DNA of 64,000 nt. It comes from Hypanus sabinus. Lineage: Eukaryota. Made by a program: the position numbers and the translations under genes. The stretch spans positions 58,838,001 to 58,902,000 of the forward strand of contig NC_082711.1 in the NCBI RefSeq assembly GCF_030144855.1. Reading direction: 5' to 3'. Under the pieces are notes generated by a model that saw nothing but the letters and a program-made list of their open reading frames with translations, did not search any database and was not told where the DNA came from. Positions 48,149 through 59,710 of the stretch are shown here, in pieces (the first letter of the stretch is position 1; every line of letters starts with the position of its first letter).

Positions 48149-49834
48149 TATTCAAATGAAAATAACCTTAGCATTAAAAATTGGAACTAGAAATTTTAAA
48201 GAAATACAAACTTCATTCACAATAACTGTAAAGATAGAAGACAATCACTATTCACAGAGAATGGAAACAGGCCCTTTGGTAGCTGGGCCATGCTAATCAA
48301 GATTCCCATCTTGCCGCAGTGAACACAGTATCCCACATGTAGCCTTAGCAATGTTTTGTACAACTATACCTTAACATCCTAACTGCTAAACTCAATACTC
48401 TGATGATGGCCAAAAGCCTTCTTCAATATCATCTTCAGGGAAACATTATGACGCAGGATACAGATATTGGCCAATCAGACCTCAACCTAAACCAGTGTCA
48501 GATCCATATCCCTGAAAGTCACGACTCTTCAATTATAATCCAAATATATTTTAAATGTGAAGAGCACTTCTGTCTCTCCCATCCTTTCAGAAAATGAGTT
48601 ACAGCCTACTACTACATCTGGATGAAGCTTTTATTCTCCTGGAACTTCTATTGCTTACTTTTTGTCAATGTGCCTGGTCTCTGACTTCTTTGTTGAGGGA
48701 AACAGGATTCCTTCATTTTATGCACCTCATTTAAATATCTCATTGGCCTCCTCTGTGCCGACTAAAGCAATGCTAGCTTTTCTTGTATTCCACTTAAAAT
48801 TTTCTGGTGCTGGCAATGTCATCATAAATATCTTCTGCAGCCCTATGGTATAAGCAGATCCTTCTTGTAACATGGTTACCAGAACTGTAAACAACATTCA
48901 TGCTGTAGTCTACTGAACACCACTTCCAGCTCCATAATCTTTCTGCTCTTAAATTCAGAGCCATGGCTAATAAAGAAAAGCATCCTGTTTGGCTATTTGA
49001 TTAGTTTTTGTTACTTTGCGAGGGCAAGTGGATATACTCTCTTGATGGCTGTGCTCCTCCACATTATTTGATTTTCTCCCATTTATTCTGTACTCCTTGG
49101 TCTTAGAGTTACGGAGCAGTACATCATGAAAGCAGAACGTTCAATCCAACAGACCACAGTGCCCACCAAGATAGCTCCACTTGTCCATATTCATCTTAAT
49201 CTCTCCTATCTGTGCACTTATCCAAATGTTACAATGTCTTTGGCCCTCTACCATCAGGAAGGTGCCACAGGAACATCAGGACTAGGATTACCAAACTGGG
49301 TGAGAATTTCTTCCCAAGGCTGTGAGACTAATGGATACCCTGCCACGACCAATGTCTTGTCACTAGACAGCAAGCTGTTAAATGTTTACTGTTTACCTGA
49401 GTTGCACACTTCACATGCAATTCTAAATTATATTTTATTAACTTATTTGTGGTAATATTTTGTTTTATATGCTCTATGTGATATGTACTTTGGGTGCACC
49501 ATGGTCAACAGGAATGTTGATTTGTTTGGTTGTATAACTTCCTCAGACAGTTCATTCCACCTACACATCACTCTTTACATGAAGAAGTTGCCCCTCAGGT
49601 CTCTCTAAAATCTTTCACCATTCACTTTCTGGTTTTAAGTTCCTCTCCTTCTGAAAAAGACCGAGTGCATACACCTATCTATGCACCAAATAATTTTATA
49701 CACTTCCATAATATCATCCCTGAATCTCCTACACTCCACAGAATAATATCCTAATCAGCCTAAGCTCTCCCTGTAATTCAAAGTCTTGAGACCTGACAGA
49801 GTGTTCAAACCTCTCTACATTCTTTAAAAACAGA

Positions 49835-50440
49835 GAAACATAGAAAACCTACAGCACAATACAGGCCCTTCGGCCCACAAAGTTGTGCCAAACATGCCCC
49901 TACCTTAGAAATTACTAGGCTTACCTATAGCCTTTTATTTTTCTAAGCTCTATGTACCTATCCAAAAGTCTCTTAAAGACCCAGTCATATCTGCCTCCAC
50001 CACCATTGCTGGCAGCCCATTCCACGCACTCACAACTTTGAGTAAAATACTTACCCCTGACATCTCTTCTGTATCTATTCCCCAGCACCTTAAACCTGTG
50101 TCCTCTTGTGGCAACCATTTCAGCCCTGGGAAAAAGCCTCTGATTATCCACATGATCAATGCCTCTCATCATCTTATACACCTCCATCAGGTCAACCCTC
50201 ATCCTCTGTCACTCCAAGGAGAAAAGGCCGAGTTCACTCAAACTATTCTCATATGGCATGCTCCCCAATCCAGGCAACATCCTTGTAAATCTCCTCTGCA
50301 CCATTTCAACAGTTTCCACATCCTTCCTGTAGTAAGGTGACCAGAACTGAGCACAGTACTCCAAGTGGGGTCTCACCAGGGTCCTATATAGCTGCAACAT
50401 TACCTCTCAGCACCTAAATTCAATACCACAATTTATGAAG
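49835..50440 (-). mobile_element. CR1 LINE 3' fragment nested in older CR1 sequence (about 49530-50750)
   Basis: [22 protein letters not shown]...VQRRFTRMLPG...LFPRAEMVATRGH. Confidence 0.92.
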
Positions 50441-52987
50441 GCCTTCTTAACTACTTTCTCGTTGAATGCAATCTTTCAAATTGCAGGGCAACCAAACTGG
50501 ACACAATACTCAAGCGCGATTTCATCAACATCTTGTCCAACTGCAACATAACAGCCCAACTCCTATACTCAAATGTCTTGACTGATGAAGACCAGTGGGC
50601 CAGACACCTTCTTCACCAACCTATCTATGAAATTGCTTTCAACAAAGTATCTACTTGTATTCATAGTCCCTCTGTTCCACAACACTCCCCAGGCCTGACT
50701 ATTCACTGTACATTATGCCTTGACTTCCAGAATCAATGTTCTGATGCTCGTCCCCATATATCACCACCATTTGATCAAACTGAATTTGTTACCTTTATGC
50801 ACAACTGCTCAGGCCGTTATTTCCTGCTAGCTGAAACGTTCCTCTACAACAATTACGTACTTAATTAATGTATGACTTGGTTTTTTAAAAAATCATGCCT
50901 ACTTTAAAGACTTCATCATTACTATATATTACAATAAAAACAACAACATAACTCTGTGCAGTCTCACTAGGCAAGGCCTTGCAGTCACAAAACACCTGTC
51001 AACCATTATACTTTGCTTCATGTTACTAAGCCAATTTCTTGCTTTCTCACTCTCCTTGGATCCCATGGGCTTTTACTTTTTGACCTACCAGATGGATCCT
51101 TGTCAGAAGCCATACAATCTACCTCAAATGCACAACCCCCATCAACCTTCTTTGTTTCCTTCCTTTAACAATCCATGCTATCTGTCCCTGATTATACCAG
51201 TGCTTTTCTGAATAAAGGTGCAGTGTGTTCCTCGGTACTGATTCCAATAACTTGCCCGCCATTAAATTTAAACAAACTTATTTAAAAGGATTCAATCTCT
51301 TTTCTCCCTTTTAAGGGAGGATTAACATTAGCAGTCCTCCAATCCTCTAACACTGTTCTTAACGACAGAGCCTTCTCCTAGTCTAGACTCTTCGGTAAGA
51401 TTTCAATATCAGAACCAAGAAAATAAAACAGGTGGAAAAATGTTATTCAGCTTTAAAAAACAAGGCTGAAACCAGTTGGTCAGACATCTGTAGAAAGGTC
51501 AAATACCTTTCTTATCTATTCCAATTCCCCAAATCTTTGTAAAATACAGTATCAATGTTTTGTATATTTTTATAACCAGTCTTGGTTAGTTTATGCTGGC
51601 TTCCAACACCACAGGAGTATTTCTTTAATTTTTTTAAAAAAATCACTCACTGACAAGTTCTCCCAAACTGAAGGGGTAGTTCAGAAACAAATACATTAAT
51701 GACACTGCAGTCACGTATAAACCTGACCAAGTGCCTGTGCCCTGAAGGACATTCTCAGTGTCATGGTCTGCTTCTTTCATCTATTATTTGTTTCATTTCA
51801 ATAGCATGAAAGAACTCAGATTTCATTCTGAACTGATCAATTACCAAAATATTAACCTTTTACTCACTGTTGTTCTTCATCAAATGGGTGCAGATTTCCA
51901 TTTTTACTGAATTTTGCTTCAGATGTTCCTATTTGTTTACTCTCTTGTTGCTACAGGTAAATTAAAAACTAATTGAGTTAGTGACAGTGTCTGCTTCCTC
52001 ATTGCAACAATACTGACTGGAGGTTACTCAGAATGATTGCTGTACAAAAACAAAATCAAAATCAAGCAAACACACATTAAAACACAATTCCACTTTGTTT
52101 CAACAAAGGCACATGGCAAGACACCAGCCATGTCGTGTAACAGGATACATTTTCCTTACTTAAACACACACTCGCTTGAACTACTCTGCCACGCTGACAT
52201 GACATATGGAGAATGGGCTTTATTATGACGCAGACAGGCATGAAATTTCACCCCAACCCTGACCCAAATAACTGAAAATTACAACCTACCTCTTACTTCT
52301 GGATGATTTTTAAACAGAACAAAGAAAGACTGCACTGCATTTATGAGTCTTTGGAATAAAAGATACATAATGTGATTTTTAAAATTACAACTTAAAATAT
52401 AAGTTTTCCACTTTGTTAAAAAAAAGTATTTAAAAATCCTGATACTTTCTTGACTACTTATAAAATTTTTTGTGACAGCAAATGAATATGATCACTTAAG
52501 ATTTCCCACAACAAATAATACTTTTCTAAAAGTTTGAAAACCTCAAAGTGAATGCCATTCATCTCTTGAGCCAGTTCTGCCATTTAATAAAACCTTGACT
52601 GACTATAATATCAACGTCATATTTCTGTTCACCTGCAGTAACCACTCATCCTCTTGCTTATCAAGAACTTTATTTTTGACTTCAAATATTTCACAGACTG
52701 CACTTACTTCTCCCCTTTGAAGGGAATTCTAAACAATAATGACCCCCAGAGAAGGGGGAAATATATCATCATCTCTGATTTAAATGGGCAACCCCTTACT
52801 GTTGTTTAAAAAAGTGTTCCTAGCTTCTGAGATCTCCCACTAGAATATCCTCTCCACATCCACCCTGTCAGGACTCTCGCTGTTTAAAACAGATCTCCTC
52901 TAACTCATCTAAATTCCAGTGGATACAATCCTAGCATGTTCAACTTATCCTCATTAGACAATCCACCAAATCCAGATATCAGTCTAG

Positions 52988-53745
52988 AAACAAGAAACTA
53001 AAGATGATGGAATCTGGAAAAACATGCAAAATGCTGGAGGAACTCTGCAGGTCGTCAGGCAGCACCTATGGAAAGAAATGAACAAACAACAGTTCAGATC
53101 AAGATCCTTCAACTGAACAGGCACAATCCAGTTAAAGATTCTCAGCCCAAAATATCAACTGTCCATTTCCCTCCATAGACATTGCTTGAACTACAGATTT
53201 GGCAATTTTGGAGCTCCTTATTTTAGAAAGATATATTGCCATTGGAGAGGTTTCAGAGAAGATTCACAAGAATGATTCCAGGAATGAAAGGGTTACCGTA
53301 TGAAGAACGTCTGGCAGCTCTTGGGCTGTATTCCCTGGAGTTCAGGAGAATGAGGTGGGGATCTCATAGAAACATCCCGAATGTTAAAATGCCTGAACAG
53401 ATTATATATGGCAAAGTTATTTCCCCATGGTAGGGGATTCTAGGACAAGAGGGCATGACTTCAGATTGAAAGACATCCACTTAGAACAGATATGCAGAGA
53501 AATTACTTTAGTCAGAGGGTGGCAAGTCTGTGGTATTTGTTGTTACAAGAGGCTGTGGAGGCCAAGTCATTGGGTGTACTTAAGGAAGAGATAGATAGGT
53601 TCCTAATTAGCCATGACATCAAAGGGTATGGGGAGAAGGCAGGGGAGTGGGGATGACTAGAAGAATTGGATGAGCCCATGATTGAATGGCGGAGCATACT
53701 CGATGGGCCAAAAGGCCCACTTCTGCTCCTATATCTTATGATCTT
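52988..53745. mobile_element. Composite insertion: Penelope-end fold-back (52988-53195) joined to a CR1 3' end (53197-53745, +)
   Basis: Both parts sit inside one 12-bp direct repeat ATATCAGTCTAG (52976-52987 and 53746-53757) that splits an older minus-strand CR1. The CR1 part encodes LERFQRRFTRMIPGMKGLPYEERL and ends in an ATCTTATG-type tail. Confidence 0.8.
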
Positions 53746-54519
53746 ATATCAGTCTAGTTACAATTTTTTTGCTTAACTCTTCCAATGTGCCACCATTTAT
53801 TCATTTAATAAGGAAACCAGCCATGTACACAGTAATCCAGCTGTGAGCTCACTAATGCCCTACATAACTGAGGCATTACCTTACTACTTTTGCATTATAT
53901 TTCTCTTGCAATCCTGCTAACTTTCTTAATTACCTGCTGTCCTTGTATATTAGTATTTTGAGAATTAGTATTAGAACCTCAGATCTATCTACATCTCTAT
54001 TTGTATCTTATACTTCTTTATTCTTTAACATTTGCCAAATGTCACATGATCCTTCTTTTGCTTTACACAGCAGAGTCAAATATTATTGCCATAATTGACA
54101 TGAAGTAAATGCACAACATCAACTGTGGTACACCTGAAATTCTGGTATCTCTTGAAGTTACAGGTAATAGATCATAACTGCTAAGACAAATATTTTGGTT
54201 GAGAAGAACAAACTCTTATTTGTTGATTACATTTTGATTTTCAAGAAATAGACTAGGTTATACACACACCATCAAGCACTTTCCAAAAATGTTAGTTGGT
54301 CAAGCTGATCCTTCACTCATATTTATTAATGCATAGTGCTGGACAGGGACTCAATGTTGTAAGCTGGTGGCTTTTCACAGATTTCCAAAATCTAACTGCT
54401 GTTGCCAAGAAATAAATTCCAATGATGAACAAAATGGAGCAAATATTTTTATACCAAATAACAGCTTTTTTAGGAAGATACCAACAATAATCTCATAAGT
54501 GTAAAAAATATATACAAAA

Positions 54520-54690
54520 ATTAAAAGTCTTTGAAGAGAAAGTCATCCATTTGGATAGGTACATGGGTGAGAGGCATATGGCGGGATATGGGCCAGGCGC
54601 AGGTCAGTGGGACTAGGCAGAAAAATAGCTCAACACAGCCAAGAAGGGCCAAAAGGCATGTTTCTGTGCTGTAATGTTCTATGGTTCTAT
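54520..54690 (+). mobile_element. CR1 3' tail
   Basis: ttggataggtacatgg...gggccaaaaggcatgtttctgtgctgtaatgttctatggttcta. Confidence 0.75.
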
Positions 54691-55879
54691 TACCTGCTAC
54701 TACAAGAGAAACCACCTTATTATGTTTCCCAATTTTAGGGCTCACACCACTGGAAGGCTACTTACACAAAGTCCAGTGAAGCCTTCCAATTTTTCCGGGC
54801 ACACTGTAAAAATCACTTATTGTAATGAAAGAAGGAACTGGGCTACTTTTGTTAAATGGTTAATTATAGAGTTAGCCCATACACAACTCTAGTTTAGAAT
54901 GCACAAATTAATCCTCTGGATGCGTATTTAGAGTCCTAGGATGTAAATCTGGAAGCACATGTCTGCATTGCAGCATGGTAGCTGGAAGATTTGGTGTAGT
55001 GTTGGCATCACCAATAGTTACCATGACAATGCTGCGCTGTTGTAAAAACCATCTGGTTGATTCACATCCTTCAGTGAAGAAAACCTGTTATTTCTGGTCT
55101 AGACTGCAGGTGGCACCTATTCCAACCAACATTGTCAACTCACTTCCATCTGAGGTGGTTTAACATGCCACTCGATTTAGTGACTTGGCACTAACAATCA
55201 CATTGCATGCACAGATATGGAGCAGCCCGTATTTTAACGATTACCTATCTATTAGTGAATCTTAGTTAAACCCATTTGTACGTTTTATAACAGACTCCTA
55301 CAAAGAGATGCATGTAAGCTGAGTGCCTTTAAATAGAATGTGAACAGGTATGCTTCATTCTACTGGGACAGTCTTTCCTTTTAAGGTCCATGTTATTTCT
55401 TAATTGCAAATCTGCGGTTCATTGCTGCATGATGATTGATGTCATGGCGTGTGGCTTGCAACCTCATGTGCGTTAAAGATACAGAAGTGTGCGTTTCCAG
55501 AGTGTCTGCAAGAAGGTTCCAAATGCATGCCACAATCAATTTTCCAGCTTTATTCAATTTTAAACTGCATTATTGAATTTCGATGCTCAAATATTTCAAG
55601 TGGTCTATATATAAAAAACATCCACTGATAAATCTTCAATCCATATGTGCAGGGTAATTAAGAAATCAAACCGAAGAGAAAAATATTGTTTTGCTCTGCA
55701 TATCTCTAATATTCATTTAATCATCAAGGTGTTAAAAGTTGTCCCCCTACTGCTATCGATCTAGATATGGCAGCTACCCTGAACATAAAATTCTTATGAT
55801 TGTGCATTTGCAAGTGCAAAAATACACCATTAATAATGATTAATGATTATTAATAATGATTGTATAATGGTAATGATTA

Positions 55880-56110
55880 AGGGCAGCATGTTGGTGTAGC
55901 AGTCAGCATAACGCTACTACAGTTCCAGTGTCCCAAGTTCAATTCTGCTGCTGTCTGTAAGCAGTTTGTATGTTCTCCCCATGACCATCTGTGTTTCCTT
56001 CGGGTACACTGGTTTCCTCCACATCCCAAGATGCACAGGGTAGTAGGTTAATTTGTTACATGGGTGTAATTAGGCTGTGTGGACTCATTGTGTTGGATGG
56101 GCAAGTTATC
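55880..56110 (+). mobile_element. HE1/V-domain-like tRNA SINE
   Basis: Same central block: ctgtaagcagtttgtatgttctcccc...ggtttcctcc...aggttaatt. Confidence 0.8.
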
Positions 56111-59100
56111 AGGCTAAAGAAAATAATTATTTTCTCTCCCACATATTCACAATCACCTACTTGGTGTTCTGCAGCCCCAAATATCCAGATTCTTCTGACA
56201 TTCAGCATTGCAAAACAAGTGGAATGTATTTGTATGCCTGCTCCAGCACATTGCTACTCCTAAACTGTAGTTGGACAATGACAATCAGAATTACCACTAG
56301 TTAGAATGCAGCATCTTTCTCCCCAACCAGTGCCATGAATTCTACCCATCTCAATTATTAATGGTTCTGGCACAGTTATAACCAAATAAAAACTGAGTGT
56401 TTCACATTGCAATTACTTGACAAAGAATATTCCTATAGGTAGATAATTTCTGGGCAGGCTTCCCAGCAAGACAGTTCAGTATCTCTGGCGTCAATGCCTT
56501 TTCATATGCTCTCATATGCTCTGGGGTTTAACATTACTACTTCCTGGTGAGTTATTGTTCCTAATGAAATCCCCAAGAAGAGGTTAAATGGTGTTTAAGA
56601 GACCTTGAATCTCATGCTTTACTTCATTATGCATTTGATTATTCCCTCACTGCACCAACATACTTTTCTTCTGCAAATAACATTATCTTCATTAACAATT
56701 TCCATTTGCGGGCTCGAATAAAAAAAGAACCCAAAGAAGGAACAGGGTTCAAGTATCTCTGTTAGCCATACAGTAAACTTCCTTTTACAATCCAGTACAT
56801 TATCAGTGCTTTTGAATTAAATTTTAAAGTTGCTAATTAAAAGCCCTTGACTAATTTAAAAGCCTTTGATCAGTATTAGAAAAAGTCAGTAATATTACAT
56901 GATCCACTAAAAATTTTGAAGTAGAGACTAAAAAGCAATAACTTAATTATAATAACTATTATTTTTCATATAGTCTGCAAAACAATTTTATATCAGTATT
57001 AATAGTATTCTGAATGTTAAAAGCTCACAATTAAATTATAAAACAATTCCTTGAAATAAGAAACAAGCCAAATCAGACACCAAATCTGAATAAATGTACA
57101 ATGTCCTCAATAAATATATTCTTTCAATGAAATAAATCCTAATGCTATAAAATACAATATGATTTCAGCTTAAATAAGGCTGACAGCCAACAGATTTTTT
57201 TTTAAAAACAATCAAGAATCCAATCAAATGGACACCCTAGAGAGCCATTTCAAAGCACCATCAACAGTAACAGCTTTAAGCAGTTCATTTCCTCATCCTG
57301 ATCCCAAGCACAAAAGGATGTGCTGCAAACAGAGGGAAAAGTTTATATTAATTAATGAAGGCAAGGCAGTATTCCAGTTTAACATCTTGACTTTTAGTTT
57401 TTACTGCCTACTCTAGGCAGCATATACAAGTCTGATAAAATATATCCTTAGGGCCCAATACAATAACTCAAAACTGTGCACATACAACTGTAACAGATGA
57501 GAAGAAAAGAATCATGTATGCTCTGATCAATATTAAAAGTCATCCCCATATTTATTTTCAAACTTAAGGTGCAATGGTACCAAACTGCAAATTCAGTTTT
57601 TTGCAATGTTTTATTTCACATCAATACACTCAAACCAAATATCAAAATATGTACAAAACTGCAAAGTGCAATTTCTAAAAATATAGCAAAGCATTATTTG
57701 AAAACGTTTCTTGAAACAACTTAAAGAATCACAAATTAGAAAATGCTCAAAATGTCCTTAATATATAGAGAGGGTTTATAGAGTGGGTATTTAAAGAGGG
57801 CATAGCCTACAGTTCCTATTTTTGTTCTAATGACTGCTTCCATTAACCATCAAAACAAAAATTTTGAAAGCACAACACCCAACTGTCCATGACATTTTCT
57901 TCTTCCCACCTACATGGATCTTATACGTAACCTGGAAAGGGTAAGGGTGATAGGGTGCAAGGTGCAAAGTACCACAATCTCTGAAAATTTAATAAGCCTA
58001 CCTACAAATATAGAATCAACAAAAACACAAAACTTTCAGAACCGAATGACCATATAAAAGGGCAAGAAAACCTATCATCTTCTTTTGGCTGGATTATTAA
58101 ATGGTTGTTATCAGCATTTACACCTCAGCAGCAAGAATCCCAGCAAGTTATTCACTGAAATGTAATAATGCATGCAAGCCTAGGATCTTGACCCAAAATG
58201 CCTACAATTTCTTTCCTCCCACAGGTGCTGCTTGACCCACTTTGCTCTTCCAGTACAGTGTTTGTTGCTGCTTGCATACACTGAGTACACAAGATGGCAG
58301 AATACATTAGAGGTAATAGACCTTGCTTAGATGCAGCATCAGCAGATGGTTGGGATCACAAAAGTGTGATGTGCAACAGGAACGGCGATCTAAACGCCAT
58401 AACACAGTCTATTCCTAGAATCATACAACAAAATGGAAGTGTTTCTGGCCCACTGCATCAGTTCAAACTGTTTTATTATTGCCAAGGAAGACAGCTTTGG
58501 TTATAAAACATCAATTATCTCAGGTCCTGGGCTGAGATACTTCCTCCACTACAGAATAACAACCTTTGCATGACCTTGCAAACTTTTATTTTATAGTATT
58601 CATGTAAGTATTCATGTATTTAAAAAAAAACAAAGTTGCAATTTAATCTGCAAGACTTTGACTTGCCCACATCTGCGAAACAATCTTATAATTTTAAATG
58701 GGGTCAAAACCCAACAAAAAATCATCACAGCAACATTGTGGTTGAATCTTTTCCCTTGATCCCCAGTAACTGTATTCCTCTATGACCCCACGCAATGGAG
58801 AAGATCGGCTGTGGAGATCAGGCTGAGTTGCTCCAATCATCACGATACAGTGTAATCTCCCAAGCCCAACCATCTTATACTGTTTCACTCCATTCTCTTT
58901 CCATCATGATATTTGCTGATTATTTCACATTGTTCAACTCCATTTGCATCTCCACCACAAATGCATGCACTAAAACATAACAATGTTCAGACATGAGCTA
59001 ACAAGTGGCATTAAAGTTCTTCATTCAACAAGAGCAAGTTGAACCACTGCCCATGATATTTAACAGTAAAATCCTCTACACAGACAGATTTAGGTCTCCC

Positions 59101-59119
59101 CATATATGAAACACAAGTA

Positions 59120-59710
59120 ATTATGAAGACCAATGGATTACTGCCTTATATTGTAAAGATGATGAAATATACAAGGGGATAAATCTTGTTAGAACAGCAC
59201 AGAACATTGGTTAAAAACCATGTACTATAGGCAGTCCGGCTTACTTGTTTGAGGCAGATGGTACTGCACTGGAGAAACCTCACGAAAGAATTCACCAGGT
59301 TGACTCTGGAATAAAAGACTTTTGAGAAAGTCTGAATAGGTTAGGCCCATACTCATTGGAGTTTAGAAAAATGGCGGGAGATCTTATTGGATCATAACTT
59401 TTTGGAAGGCCATGACAGGGTGGATGTTATCAGGATAGATCCTAACTGTGGAGAAATTCAGAACTAAGAGGCATACTGTCAGAATAGGACCAAGATGAGG
59501 AGGAGCATCTTCTATTGAAGGGTCATGAATCTTTGAAACTTTTCCACCTGAAAGAGCTCTGGAGGCAAAATCACTGAAAACATTCAAGGCTAATCAAGCA
59601 AAATGCAGAACATGGAACAGAGCCAAGGAAACATCAGATCAACAATAATTTTATCAAATGATGGTGAAGGCTCAAGGGACCATCCGGTCTGTTTTTCCAT
59701 TGTCTATGGC
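59120..59710 (+). mobile_element. CR1 LINE 3' fragment (old)
   Basis: tactcattggagtttagaaaaatggcgggagatcttattg...actaagaggcat...gtcatgaatctttgaaac. Confidence 0.75.

Noticed and set aside
56502-58619. Short tandem duplications (TCATATGCTC x2, CTAATTAAAAGCCCTTGA-like x2, AGTATTCATGTA x2; also near 37968 and 10840)
   Set aside because: Ordinary slippage duplications with no array or spacer structure.
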